NCBI GenBank assembly: GCA_040954595.2
Contig: CM082576.2
Location: 15,299,028 to 15,363,027, forward strand
DNA from: Balanoglossus misakiensis
Taxonomy: Eukaryota > Animalia > Hemichordata
DNA: 64,000 nt
Direction of reading: 5' to 3'
In this document: one piece after another, positions 12,301 through 22,952 of the stretch
Layout of the letters: every line of letters starts with the position of its first letter
Position numbering within the stretch: position 1 is the stretch's first letter
Made by a program: the position numbers and the translations under genes
The notes under the pieces: model-generated
The model's input: the letters and a program-made list of their open reading frames with translations, nothing else
Told to the model about the DNA's origin: nothing
Databases searched by the model: none

Positions 12301-14173
12301 CCGGTATGTTGGGGAGGACAAATTTAACCGTCGCCACTCAAAGTTATCATGGGGTGGGGCAAGTTCCCTGACCTGGGACACTAGATAAACCAGTCAATGA
12401 TTGAAAGGTGTTGAAGAATGGAGGGGGTAGGTGTGGGAGGGGGTGTCCCCCTCCCACATTAGAAAATTTTGTTAAATAAAGGGCGCGAAACTGCATTTTT
12501 GTGGACTCAAAATAAATATTTAGTCGTTAAAGTTTTCAAGTCCCCCCCTTTCAGTCCCTAAATTATTTCAAATCCCCCCCCTTACATACCCTCAATTTTT
12601 TCAAATCCCCCCCCTCAATTCTCCTGCCCCCCCCCCTCCAGAGGTGTTTGTGAATGCAGCCTTACCGAGTCATCGTCGGCTCGCACGGGTTGTTGGATCG
12701 ACCAAAGTTTCCCTAACAAACCCATGCGGGAACCGCTGTATAAAAAAAAACACCGTCCACGGTCTAAGGATTTGTTCTGCCAAGGTCTATTCGGATACCA
12801 AGAGCTTGGCGGGCGGAGAGGTTACCTAGTATAAATGCAAGACAGGATGTCAGTGGCAGCAAAAGGCGCTGGCCTTGTTGACATTCCTTCGCGCGTGTCA
12901 TTTGTGCATATTTCTGATTGGGCGAAACGTTACCTTTGACACAAATTTAAATATTCATGAGATTTCCTTTTTTGGCGATCGGGCCGACTGAGACAGATAG
13001 CTGAAGACAGTCAATTAATGCATATGTAAATTCCACACAGCCTGTAAGAAGTTGCCCTATCACCCCCATTTCCTTGTGCAGAGGTCCATCCTTACCTTAG
13101 AAATCACTGGGTTTGGACCTAACCATGGTGGTGAAAGGGTTAAACATTGTTACAAGTATATTTACAGTCCCAGTATTTTCATTTGTTTTCTATATGTATT
13201 TCTAACGACCAATGATTCTTATTGTTTCAACAGATATTCATCTCATCATCCATTGTCTTGCACTGCATGGTCACGTTTCCAAGGATACAGGCGATTCAAT
13301 CCCACAATTCGAGACTGACAATGTTCTCGTCGACAGAGGCTCGAATCAATGCAAAGTGTGTGGTAAAACACTCACGAGGCATTACACACTAATTGCTCAT
13401 CAGGAGATTCACTCCAACAACAGGGAGAGACGGCATAAATGTCAGGAATGCGGTAACGCCTTCTTCACAAAACAGGGACTCAAGTCGCATCTGTCGGTTC
13501 ACTCAAACGAGAAACGGTTCCAATGCACGTACTGCGGCAAGCGGTTCCGACATAGCTACACGCTGAAGGGACACCAGAGCTTCCACACTGGCAAGAGAGC
13601 ACACGAATGCAAAGACTGCGGCAAGAGGTTCTACACAAAAGGCAAGCTGCAGCGGCATGCTTCGACGCACACGACAGAACGCCCGTACGTCTGCGAAGAA
13701 TGCGGAAAAGCGTTCAACCGAATGTCTTCCCAGAAAGTGCACTTACTGCAGCACACCAGCCAGCGTCCGTACGAATGCAGCGACTGCGGCAAGCGCTACG
13801 TCACCAGTCAGATTCTGCAGCAGCACCGTGTGACGCACTCAAACACCAAACGTTACAGATGCACAGACTGCGACAAGGCATTCGCCAGACCTCAGTCTCT
13901 TCAAAAGCATAGCTGGATTCACACAAACACAAAACCCTATGCATGCGAAGAGTGCGGTAAAGTATTCACTTGTACCAGCCGCCTAATCACCCATATGAGG
14001 AAAGACCTTACCAGTGTCATTACTGTGGAAAAACTTTCAGTGATTCCAGCAACTTGAACCGCCACACCAAAATCCACCAAAAAGACAATGTCAACACAGC
14101 AACCGCAGCGAAACAGCTTCCAAGTTCTGTACAAAGCACCAAAAGAAAAAAGACTGTAGCTAGCCATCTATAG
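3355..14173 (+). CDS. C2H2 zinc-finger protein gene, last two coding exons (3355-3471 and 13234-14057/14173); 5' exons not resolved; frameshift near 14000
   Basis: Exon 3355-3471 (ccag|...AATG|gtatgt, phase 1) splices in frame to cag|AT at 13234. The last exon has 8 tandem CxxC-x12-H fingers with TGERPY-like linkers; a 9th finger ([26 protein letters not shown]) lies in a shifted frame ending at 14173. Confidence 0.85.
3661..4258. repeat. Tandem repeat, 221-bp unit, ~2.7 copies
   Basis: AGTTCAATTAAATA(A/C)AATCTA recurs at 3661, 3882 and 4103 with near-identical intervening sequence. Confidence 0.95.
4860..5310. repeat. 21-bp minisatellite in left TIR (CATACATCATTATACAATGTG-like), mirrored at ~7150-7480
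   Basis: CATCATTATAC recurs every 21 bp; the reverse-complement array GTATAATGATG is in the right TIR. Confidence 0.95.
5788..7036. mobile_element. Probable unclassified interspersed repeat inside the foldback element
   Basis: Abrupt compositional change starting AATTAAAGCTGCAAGCAGCGTTGGCGGGGC; internal duplicated blocks (GCCCTATTGGTT, AATCCAATA.GGCCGCC), (AAT)n and an AAG-rich end abutting the right TIR. Boundaries approximate. Confidence 0.45.
7612..7624 (+). promoter_or_regulatory. Primer-binding site, probably tRNA-Ser
   Basis: TGGCGCTGCGAGC one base after the 5' LTR; complementary to a ...GCUCGCAGCG-CCA 3' end as in Ser(UGA/CGA) tRNAs. Confidence 0.7.
8683..11172 (+). CDS. gag: Gag-like protein (829 aa): N-terminal helix-hairpin-helix, Ty3-type capsid domain, long acidic/disordered tail
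   Basis: [31 protein letters not shown] fits ComEA-type HhH; [23 protein letters not shown]...LEKRFG...[16 protein letters not shown]...FCQG fits retrotransposon capsid/MHR. Lies between PBS and PPT. Confidence 0.85.
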   Translation: MASNQKVYINTCDTWTLKTLPGVGEKVARAIIALRNKFGRVTPGMLKDVPRLRLTPEFHKKVVYDTKTGSSSRSDYSSDSYMNSSNRSPGVNAKRSCPPRVGEYDNSRSHSVRGREGSQPTLSYWCWGNDAHEPMPRNTFRHEVQFSDPNEEHRGAPNGDHKPQNSSGFSQMYENPRHDPRLDEGGPWGRGVFNYGEPWDRDSVDTYVTVPRGWDQNQYPGEFAGTVPQHELEGFTRHYTPPPPYSVRHMPNPASPYNTQYELPPHSYSLYMPTSIEDNYGNWDQTPLENESRFHPYGEPSFGNTRSGLSREGFVSSPETFNIPKTLVYTGKTKWSVFFDKFNSYADAHGWTETERKCGLCLCFDGDASEYYSTLMSRERDMCYRKLVHKLEKRFGQYEQPEIVQTKFWRLRQQAEETLEKWADRVQSLAVCAFPDLPDSARDRRAVVKFCQGCSDRAAGLSVAHQHVSSMEKAIDQIRWFQYNRREIYGQQQSRRDSKQMTSETDSEDEVSDASEASRSRSLSPEGKYSYGEVEQVHSQSEEETVTFTDHLEQSKGGGKETYNAMANTGVGSPCAIADPGENNATSMEKNTRDRTQSQGGDSEIACEATWDKGAIHPENKSQLSQAVSSETIYEHKSYLDPGDTKTRDENHLSETLEEHTSESLTQDNAGNEGSAQAINIGQSLSGSLYSIPMTVGREQKPGSVSRVVGNHPGKKVRNVSTLSGLVGPNEYPSYRNGELPQGLLCDGTHQKWGQCIEDMANTTPLARAATQGISLNSLSGGKSKLGRDELPHFLGEELGDLVHPHGNKLGLGTHTIWPWDPGGLSLCG
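11854..12661. mobile_element. PIF/Harbinger-type MITE
   Basis: TIR GGCTGCATTCACAAACACCTCTGGAGGGGG and its reverse complement at the right end; TTA on both sides (11851-11853, 12662-12664). Confidence 0.85.
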
Positions 14174-14621
14174 CTTTACTCAAATCCAAAGCTGTTAACC
14201 CTTTGAATGCCATATTTTGCTGTCAAAATGTGATGCAACATTTTCATCATTTTGACACATTTTCCGTTATTTTTTTCTTTAATTCTAGACCAAGAGGACA
14301 CAATTTTCCATTATCTTAAGATCTTGTTCAAAATTTTAGGAGAAAAATATGACATTTGTGAAAAATGACAAGTTGACTTGAGCGTACATTGAAAAGGTAA
14401 TGTGTAAACACTGCCACAAAACATTTACCAGAAATAGAGACACATTTGCAATATTTACCTCTCGTTTGAGGGCGTTCTGCGTGTGAACATCGTCAGTGAT
14501 GTCGCTCTGTATCAGTTACTGGAAATTCATAGTTTTTCAGAAAGATTTTTCGTACAATTTTTCTGTGAAGGACTGCATAAGACCAGCCGAACCCTTGGAA
14601 GCAAATCTGTGGCCCAGTAAG

Positions 14622-15655
14622 ATGTTTACAATGGTGTATCTACCAAAAATGGTACGTAGTACGGAACAGCAAATGGCAAGTTTCCAATATGGCCGACGTC
14701 GGGTACATGTGCAACTCCTGCTGATTCTTCTATGGACTGCGGCCGTACTTGTACAGCTGCAACTGATGTTGTCGGGAGATGTGGAAAAGAACCCAGGACC
14801 CAAGAGCACGAAGACAGCGCTAAAGGACTCCAAATCAAGTGGGAATAGGAAAATAACCGAAGCGTTGGGGCCAGTTAGACCCCCTGCTGAGAACTCCGGT
14901 GACGAGGAAGATTCGACGTCGAGTGAACGTAATGGGAGCCATATTGGGGCGACTGACGGTGGTGGAAAAGTTACACTAACTGATGTCATGAGTGAAATAC
15001 GTAACCTGCGGAAGGACATAACCGGCCAAATAAAGGCAGTTGACAAGCAAGTGAAGAAACTAGCAGGTGAAATGAAAGATGTACAAAACTGGATGCATGA
15101 AAATCGAGAAACGGTCAGTAAGCTTGTGGAGGAAAACAAAGAGCTGCGTGCCCGTGCTGACAGGTTAGAGTCGGACGGTGACAAGATGCAGGCACAGATG
15201 AAGCGTAACAATCTTGTAATTTTTGGAGTTGAGGAAGATGGCAAAGAGAATTGGAACGATACGGAGGAGATACTGAAGACATTTATCAAAGACAAACTGG
15301 GCATCCCCGAGGACTTGGAGTTTGAGCGTGTTCATCGGTTAAGTTATGCACGCAGCCACCCAAAGCCGATAATTGCAAAGTTCCTCCGTTATAAACAACG
15401 AGAGACAGTTATGCGGGCTGCCGTTAAACTGAAGGGAACTGACTATCGCATTGGTGAGGATTTTACATTGAAAGTCCGGAAACCCGCCGAAAGCTTGGAA
15501 GATTCGCGCAGGAAGCAAGGGCAGCTGGTAAGACTGTGAAGTTTGTCTATGACAAAATCAAGATCGATGACGTGGTCTACAAATACGATGAAGAGGTTGA
15601 GAACATACAGCCAGCATACAGAAAGAGAGGTGTAGCACCTACTGGTATAGACTAG
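14622..15655 (+). CDS. LINE ORF1 (coiled coil + RRM/CTD, L1-like) with N-terminal 2A-like peptide; 1-nt frameshift at ~15482
   Basis: KRNNLVIFGVEE, FERVHRL, PKPIIAKF and IGEDF motifs; restoring one A gives ...KVRKTRRKLGRFAQEARAAGKTVKFVYDKIKID...* at 15655. LSGDVEKNPGP ends at 14801. Start codon uncertain. Confidence 0.85.
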
Positions 15656-15721
15656 GAAACAGGCCAAGGTCGGACAAACCTAAAAGACACTGTTTATGTT
15701 CCTGTACAAAATGCAGGCCAG

Positions 15722-18700
15722 ATGGAACAAGAACTGTCATTTTTAATCTGGAATGTAAATGGGTTGCGTGATAAGATTGACAAGAGTGATTTTCGTGAAT
15801 ATATTCGCTCCTTTGAATTTATATGTCTTACTGAGACTTGGATTCAAAAAGGAAGTGATGTTTTCCTAGAAGGTTTTAAAAGTGTTCACGTTGCAGGACA
15901 GAGAAAACAAAAGTATGGAAGAGCATCTGGTGGGATCTCAGTATTTTTCCGTGAAAATAACAGTTGTAATCTGGATGTAAAGTTTCTTGCTAAGAGTCAA
16001 TCACAAAATATTTGTTGGTCTGTGATTACAAGAAACACTCACCCCGTTTTAGTAATTGCTGGAATTTATAGACCCCCTGAGGGTTCAAACTTTGCAGAAA
16101 AGGATTTTTTGGATATCCTAGAAAATGATGTAATCAAATACACCGCTAAGTATAACTGTGATATGATTCTTGCAGGAGACTTTAATGGTAGGACGGGAAA
16201 CTTTTCAGGAAAAGTAGATGTAAATGATACTTATCTACCATTAGATGAACATTGTAGCGATTTGTATGATTTACCTGAAAGGTGTTCCATGGACGAAGGG
16301 ATAAATAACTATGGTCGGCAACTGCTAAATTTCTGTTCATCTACACAATTGTATATTGCAAATGGTAGACTTGGTCAAGACCATGGGATTGGAATGTATA
16401 CTTATATTTCAAAAAAGGGCACATGTGTTAATGACTATGTTTTGACAGCGGGAAGTGTTTTCCCAAAATGTAAGCATTTTAAGGTTGGGCAACGTATAGA
16501 ATCTGACCATATGCCTTTGGAATTTACTTTAACATGTAAAGGAGCTGGAAATCCACAACTCCTGCAGAATACTATACGTACATGTGTACCCCAAACCCGT
16601 TTGAGATGGTCTCATGAGCAAAAAGAAATGTTTCACTGTAATTTCCAGACAGAATCAACAGGTCAATTATGTAACACTTTTTATGATAATATTGCCCAGG
16701 GTGAGTTGGATGCAGCTGCTGTTTGTTTAACTGATATTATACATTCATGTTGTAACTTTATGAAAGTGAAGGTAAATACTTTCAACAACACAAATTTAAA
16801 AAGAGAGAATCCTTGGTTTGATAAAGAGTGTTTAACATTGAAGAAAGAAGTCTATCGCTCTCTCAACCATTTCAGACACTGTAGAACCAAAAATAGCTTA
16901 GAAAATTATATGCATTTGAAATCAGTTTATAGAAAATTAATTAATGAAAAGAAACAAATTTACAAGAAACAACAGCGGGAGGAACTTGTTTTTCTTTCCT
17001 CTCAGGCAAATTCTAGGTTGTTTTGGCAAAAGGTCCGTAAGAGCCCTACATATATGTCAACAAACATCTCTGAGGAGAGCTGGTTTGATTACTTCAAAGA
17101 CCTTTTTAATCCGAAAATGGTTGAAACAGAGGATATGAAAGACTTTTACTCTTCTATTCAAAATTATGTGAATGACTTAAATTGTAATGATGTAAGCAGT
17201 TCGGATGTTGACTGTTCAGCCTTAAACCAGGCTATTTCCATGGCCGAAATTAAAAGTAGTATAGCAAAATTAAAAAATAATAAAGCCCCTGGGTATGATG
17301 GCATACAAGCAGAATTTTGGAAACATGCACCTGAAGGGATTTTTGATATGCTGTTCACACTTTTCAATGAAGTTTTTGATAAAGGGATCTTCCCCCATCA
17401 GTGGGCAATGGGATTGATTAGCCCTATACATAAGAAGGGAAACAGAGACACCCCAGAAAATTACCGTAGTATTATGCTTCTTAACGTTGTAAGTAAAATG
17501 TATACATTTATTTTAACAGACAGACTTGTACATTGGTTTGATGAGTTCAATGAAATTGTGGAACCTCAGAGTGGATTCAGAAAGAAAAGAAACACTTTGG
17601 ATAACATTTTTATTTTACGTACACTTATTGAAAAGTATGTCTTCCACTTAAAGAGTCGCCTATACTGTGCCTTTATAGACTATGAAAAAGCATTCGATAG
17701 GGTTCATCATTATTCACTTTTCTATAAACTAGCCATGACAGGCATGAGGGGGTAAACTTTTGTCTTCTTTATACGCTATGTACTCGCATGTTAAAGCTGC
17801 AGTTAAAACTCTGCATGGGGTGACTAATTTTTTTGATATTAATATAGGAGTCCAACAAGGTTCTGTTATTTCCCCCCTTTTGTTTTGCTTCTACATTAAT
17901 GATATTGAAGACGCTCTTACACAAGGTAGAGAAACTGTTGTCTATGCCAACACAGTAAAATTGTTGTATTTACTCTATGCTGATGATCTTGCTTTATTTA
18001 GCAGCACTCCCATTGGTCTACAGCGTTTGCTGAATAGACTGGCAGACTATTGTAAAAAGTGGAGACTCACTGTTAATCTTAACAAAACAAAAATTATGGT
18101 TTTCCGTAAGGCTGGAAGTTTGAAGAAAAGTGAAAAATGGTTTTTGAATGGGAAAAAAATAGAAGTTGTTTCTAAATATAACTATCTGGGTGTAATATTT
18201 TCAAGTTCTGGAATTTGGTTTCAAGCTCAAAAATATATTTCAGAACAAGCCAGGAAAGCTCTTCACTTAGTACAAAGTAGCCTCTGTAAAGTTGACGGAA
18301 TTCAACCAGACATTGCTTTCAGAGTTTTTGATTGTAAAATATTGCCAGTCCTTCTTTATGGCAGTGCAATTTGGGGGACCAATGATTGTGTAGATGTGGA
18401 AAAGATTCATTATAGATTTTGTAAGTTTCTTTTGGGTGTACGTATAAATACAACAAACTCAGCGGTTCGGGGAGAACTTGGAAGGTATCCCATTCGCATA
18501 CAAATTTATATACAAATATTACGTTTTTGGTTTAAATGTGTTAATCCAACCTCACCAAAAATAGTTACAGACTGTTATAAATACCAATATAATAGGGCTG
18601 AAAAAGGTTATAAATGCTGGGGGCTGTTTGTGAAAAATTTACTCTGTAATTATGGTTTTGCTGAGATATGGGCTTTCCAAGACTCAGTAAATGGAGATTT

Positions 18701-19181
18701 CTTTTTACCTCTGTTCAAACAAAGATGTCAAGACATTTCAATACAGGAATGGCAAACTGAAATAAGATGTAGTTCAAAACTGAGTACTTACTGTATGTTT
18801 AAAAATAAGTTTTCATGTGAGAAATATTTAGAATGTATTTCAGACACAGTCTATAGATATGCGTTGTCTCGTTTTAGATTATCATCACACAATTTAAATA
18901 TTGAACAGGGAAGAAAACATGGGGTTCCACGCGAACAAAGACTTTGTCCATTTCAATCTTGTGATTCTGTAGAAGATGAGTTCCATTTTTTATTGGTATG
19001 CCCAGTATATCAGTGTATTAGAGAGAGATTTATCCCAAAATTCTTCTATGACACACCCCATGAGTGGAAATTTACTTTATTACTTCAGTCAAACAAACCT
19101 TACACAGTACAAAATCTGGCCAGATATATCTTTTATGCTTTTAAACAGCGACATAAACTCCTGGATGATGATCAAGAGTAA
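15722..19181 (+). CDS. LINE ORF2: AP endonuclease + reverse transcriptase + C-terminal Cys/His motif; 1-nt frameshift at ~17750
   Basis: WNVNG, LTETW, GDFNG and SDH (APE); KAPGYDG, QSGFR, DYEKAFD, GVQQGSVISPLLF and YADD (RT); C..C..EDEFHFLLVC. An extra G in a G-run splits 15722-17755 from 17760-19181. Confidence 0.95.
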
Positions 19182-19754
19182 AACTGTACGAGGAACGAAC
19201 CCTCAAGCGACTGTAAATTTTGATATTCTTTTTTGTTATGTACAATATGGCTGGTGGCCAATAGTACTGAATAAATGCATTATTATTAATATTTACCTGT
19301 ACATTACACTGACCTTGACAGAATAGATAACTCCAAGATTTCCATTTATCCTGAGAGCATCAAGTATACATTTTTATCTCTTCAGACTTGTTTAACAAGG
19401 TATTGATGTCAATAAAGTTGTACACATTGACCTAATGAATGATTGGTTGCCCTACATCTTTTTCCTCTTATTGTACCGCTGTCCAAAATGCTATTTTGCA
19501 TTTTTGGACGAATTAGTTTACCATTTCCAAACAAGATATCTGAGGCACTACCATTTAGGTGTCTGCACTTTCAGAAAACTGGTCTGAACTGTCGCATAGG
19601 GGTGCATGGCTATAATATTTCCAAATCAGATTTATGTTTCAGTTACCCCTGACATTTCTATAGCCATTGAACGCACATGGTTTTAGTTTACTGGGAGAGA
19701 TTTGAAGCAATCAAATTCTGATTTTCACATGTTATCTGCTCGTCTTTTGACAGT

Positions 19755-21239
19755 CTATCTGCGTTCTTCCAATTTCTCGAACATCTCTTCAATCAATCCG
19801 ACCATATCGTCTCTTCCCATGGTGCTGAATATTGCCAACAGATTCTCAAAGTTGCTTTCGAAGACAGGTCCCTTTAAATGTGGATACTTCCGTCTTGTTT
19901 TCTGAGCATTCACTTCTTCATCAGAATATTGTTGGGGTGACGATGTTGATGAGTGTGACATTTTTGCTGAACGACCTTCGGAGGTCCCTATGCCAGGTGA
20001 GATGGCTCTGGCACCTGCAGCTGTAGTGGTGTCTTTACCTCGTCGGAATTGGACGCTTGAGTCTGGTTGTTTAGATGACGGTGACATCGTTGCAAAACCA
20101 CTATCAACATCATGTGTGTCATGAGAAGTGGTCGGGAATTCTGTGGTGTCTTTTTCCCGTTAAAGTCGTTTCTTTTCTGTGCATATACGACACCACTCTT
20201 CAAAGAGATACTCTGTAACTGGTTGGCCTGCCCGACCCGCTATCTCTTCAAATCCCATGGTATCCTGGCACTTAATGCCCATCAAATCTGCCATGCGCCC
20301 ATAGCTCAGAGAAGGATCACATTGAGTCTGCATTCTCCTTGTCAGTTTCCTTCTGGTTTCTTCAAGCATCCATTTGATATCACAGCGTTTCCATTTATGT
20401 CGTAAGATTGTTGTGTCATGACCTTGACAAAGCAGGTCACAAACATCTTCTGCTTCACCAACTTCTTTGTCGTAAACTTTCTTTCCCATGTCTTCTGCAC
20501 GTAGCACATCATCAAGAGTGTAAAATGGTATTTTTTCTATGTTACTGTGGTTTGCAAGAGAATCTGCACTCAGGATAAGCTGATTCATCCTGTTGCCTGG
20601 ACATGCGATCGAGAAGACATCATGTACTTCTTTGGAAACCATCTCAAGAAGTTTGTAGCCCTCACCAATCGACTTCTTGTCTTTAACTCGTACGCAGACA
20701 TTGACTGCTCTTCTCCTATTGGTCATAAAGACAAGACCTTCAACATCATGACACACTTTGATACCATTTCTCCACAAGCCACTGGGCGGTGGGCCAAGGT
20801 TGGTAAAACGCTTATATAGACGGGTCTGTAATCTTGGGAAAAAGCCTGCCGTTAAGGAATCTGTTTTATCGTGGCATTCGAATCGTCTTCCAAGGTAAAT
20901 TGTCTTCACTTCGCTCTTCTCCCAATGACCTTCAGGAATATCGTCGTCTTGTGGCCCTGGTATGACGAAAAGTTTCTCTCCAGTCTTTGTGAGGCCAAGC
21001 GCATGACAGAGAAGCTCAAAATCTTCCAGAAGGTCGATCAGAAGTTTGCTGTTTACACGGTCACCAAGTACATCTTCTATCTGATCCATCGTCTGAAAGC
21101 AATCTCTCTTGAATCTGGAACTGAACTGTGCAAATAAAGGGGTAGCCAACATTGGTCCAAATATCCTGTAACACAACCAGTTTGGATCCAAAACCACGAC
21201 ATCTTCTCTTTCCGAAGATGACTTCTTCACAAACAAAAG
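19755..21239 (-). pseudogene. Terminal exon of a DAPK1/ROCO-like gene: COR domain + death-like domain, with in-frame TAA at 20160-20162
   Basis: Acceptor ...gtgtacag|CTT at 21239. VVLDPNWLC..IFG, GRRFEC, GFFPRLQ and LWRNG are COR-like. ORFs 20160-21236 and 19755-20087 share one frame; the C-terminal NLLAIFSTMGRDDMVGLIEE resembles death-domain final helices. No upstream ROC exons seen. Confidence 0.7.
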
Positions 21240-21391
21240 CTGTACACAAGAAAAGAAATATTATGATACATAAAAATTTGCATGTTGCACATGATTGTAT
21301 GCAAGGCACAATCCTTAAATACTGAATTACACAACAATGTATTTAGAACTCCAATCGATAATTTCATTAGGCTAAGGTTGATATAGATTAA

Positions 21392-22674
21392 AGGAATTAT
21401 TACACCTATTTTTATTTCATTTGAGTGTTAAACATTCATTTAGTAAAATAACCATTTTATCCAAATCAAGACATTATATTTCGGCTATGGTTTTCTATAA
21501 TTAATGATTCATTAATAAAATCGTCGAAATTCATGTCCCTCAGAAAAAATCTCAATTCGTATTTGCCGCGTATAGACCACGTGACATGACGTCATTGGGG
21601 GAAGTCGTTGCCAGTATGTAAACAGTGATATCGTTGCACAGCCTAGCCCAAAGCGAGAGTCCCGCGTTTCCATCATTATTATCAAACGATGCGTCGTCGG
21701 GGGCTGTAAAAACACCATCCGTAGTGTACATAGATTTCCAAAAAGCAAAGGACTGAGAGAAAAATGGGAGCGCTTCATACAAAACGGCCAAAAGGTCACT
21801 ACATCACCGTAAAGGTAATGATGAATGGAACTGTACCGGTGTTATGCCAGTTTTGGGTAACCCGTCGCTTGTGAACAGGGAGTTTATCTGTGATGTTTAT
21901 GTATGAAATTTGTCGTCCCATTACGTTTTTTTCACAACTGAGATGTCAGCAATGATGTTTTAGTACGGACCGTGTGCCGCGCTTCGGGTTCTTTGTGTAT
22001 ATATCGGTGACCAGACGAGCGCAGACCTCCGTATCGGGGAGGCAGATCGGCTACGAGAATATTTGAGTTTCACTGAACCACTCCATGAACATTTTATTGG
22101 ACATATTTATTGTAAAATAAAAAAGAACAGAAAATAATGCTTATTCACCAATCTATATTTCCCACTCGAGAAGACTCAGGCGAATCTGGACCCGCGCTTG
22201 CAGGCATTTCTTCGCTCGGTACATCGACGGATTGCCCACCAGCCCGAACAGGTTGAGGAGATACCTCACGCCTTGCTGGTTCAAATCTATACGGCCCTGG
22301 CCAGGAATTTCCTTGAAAGCACCGACGAAGAGCCCAAAACTCTCCATCGCTACTGTCTGAATCATATACTCTCCCAACAAATTGCCTCGTCACTGACCGT
22401 GTTTACCGTTGACGCCATAAAAGTAAAGTAGACGACATGTACGCCTCTCGATGCGATGAATTGTAGACTGAAAGCGAAGGAGAGCCCCCAATGACGTCAC
22501 ACGTAACGGGGCCGTTCAGACAGAGATTTTTTTGAAGGGGTGAACATTTATTAGGATAACATTTATTCATCGACGAGAATAACAAAAAAACGACACCAGA
22601 ATTCAAATCATGAATGCAATTTTAGTTTACGGTCAAACAATGAAAAATATATTTTGATAGGTGTAATAAACTCT
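21392..22674. mobile_element. Kolobok-type element (TTAA TSD) carrying a KolX/P2X7-ballast-like first exon on the minus strand
   Basis: TTAA at 21388-21391 and 22675-22678; imperfect TIR AGGAATTATTACACCTAT / ATAGGTGTAATAAACTCT; internal ORF 22145-22393 with PYRFEP...RVGNIDW ending at a GT donor. Confidence 0.65.
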
Positions 22675-22765
22675 TTAATCTACCGATCCAATGGGGGCTA
22701 CAGTATGCCATTGATAATAAATTATAACAATTTGATGTCATTACCATAACAATCCTGTTCATTGA

Positions 22766-22890
22766 TTGCCTCTCAAGAGGGCGCCCTCAATGACCTTTGG
22801 CTTTTCAGAGACGCGGTCAAGAGCTCGAGAGACGTCTTGCCGTGTCTCTGAAAAGCCAAAGATCATTGACGGCGCCCTCTGGAGAGGCAA
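22766..22890. repeat. Near-perfect palindrome / hairpin MITE
   Basis: TTGCCTCTCAAGAGGGCGCCCTCAATGACCTTTGGCTTTTCAGAGAC...GTCTCTGAAAAGCCAAAGATCATTGACGGCGCCCTCTGGAGAGGCAA. Confidence 0.85.
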
Positions 22891-22952
22891 AGATGGAACT
22901 TATTCCACTGTGACGTCACAGTTGTTCAGGTGACAATCACAATAGAATGTCA

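Larger units (their letters stand above)
3523..12990. mobile_element. Non-autonomous TIR DNA transposon (CAG..CTG termini, 5-bp TSD; hAT-like), outer container of the nest
   Basis: ~78-bp TIRs CAGTCGGCCCGATCGCCAAAAAAGGAAATCTCATGAATATTTAAA at 3523 and its reverse complement ending at 12990; AGACA flanks both ends (3518-3522, 12991-12995). Superfamily is inferred. Confidence 0.8.
14461..19287 (+). mobile_element. Full-length APE-type non-LTR retrotransposon (CR1/L2/Crack group)
   Basis: 11-bp TSD AATATTTACCT (14450-14460, 19288-19298); AATAAA plus (ATT)n tail; ORF1 followed by an APE-RT ORF2. Confidence 0.95.

Noticed and set aside
14537-15304. 255-aa antisense ORF in LINE ORF1
   Set aside because: Shadow of the sense coding frame; Ser/Phe-rich with no recognisable motif.
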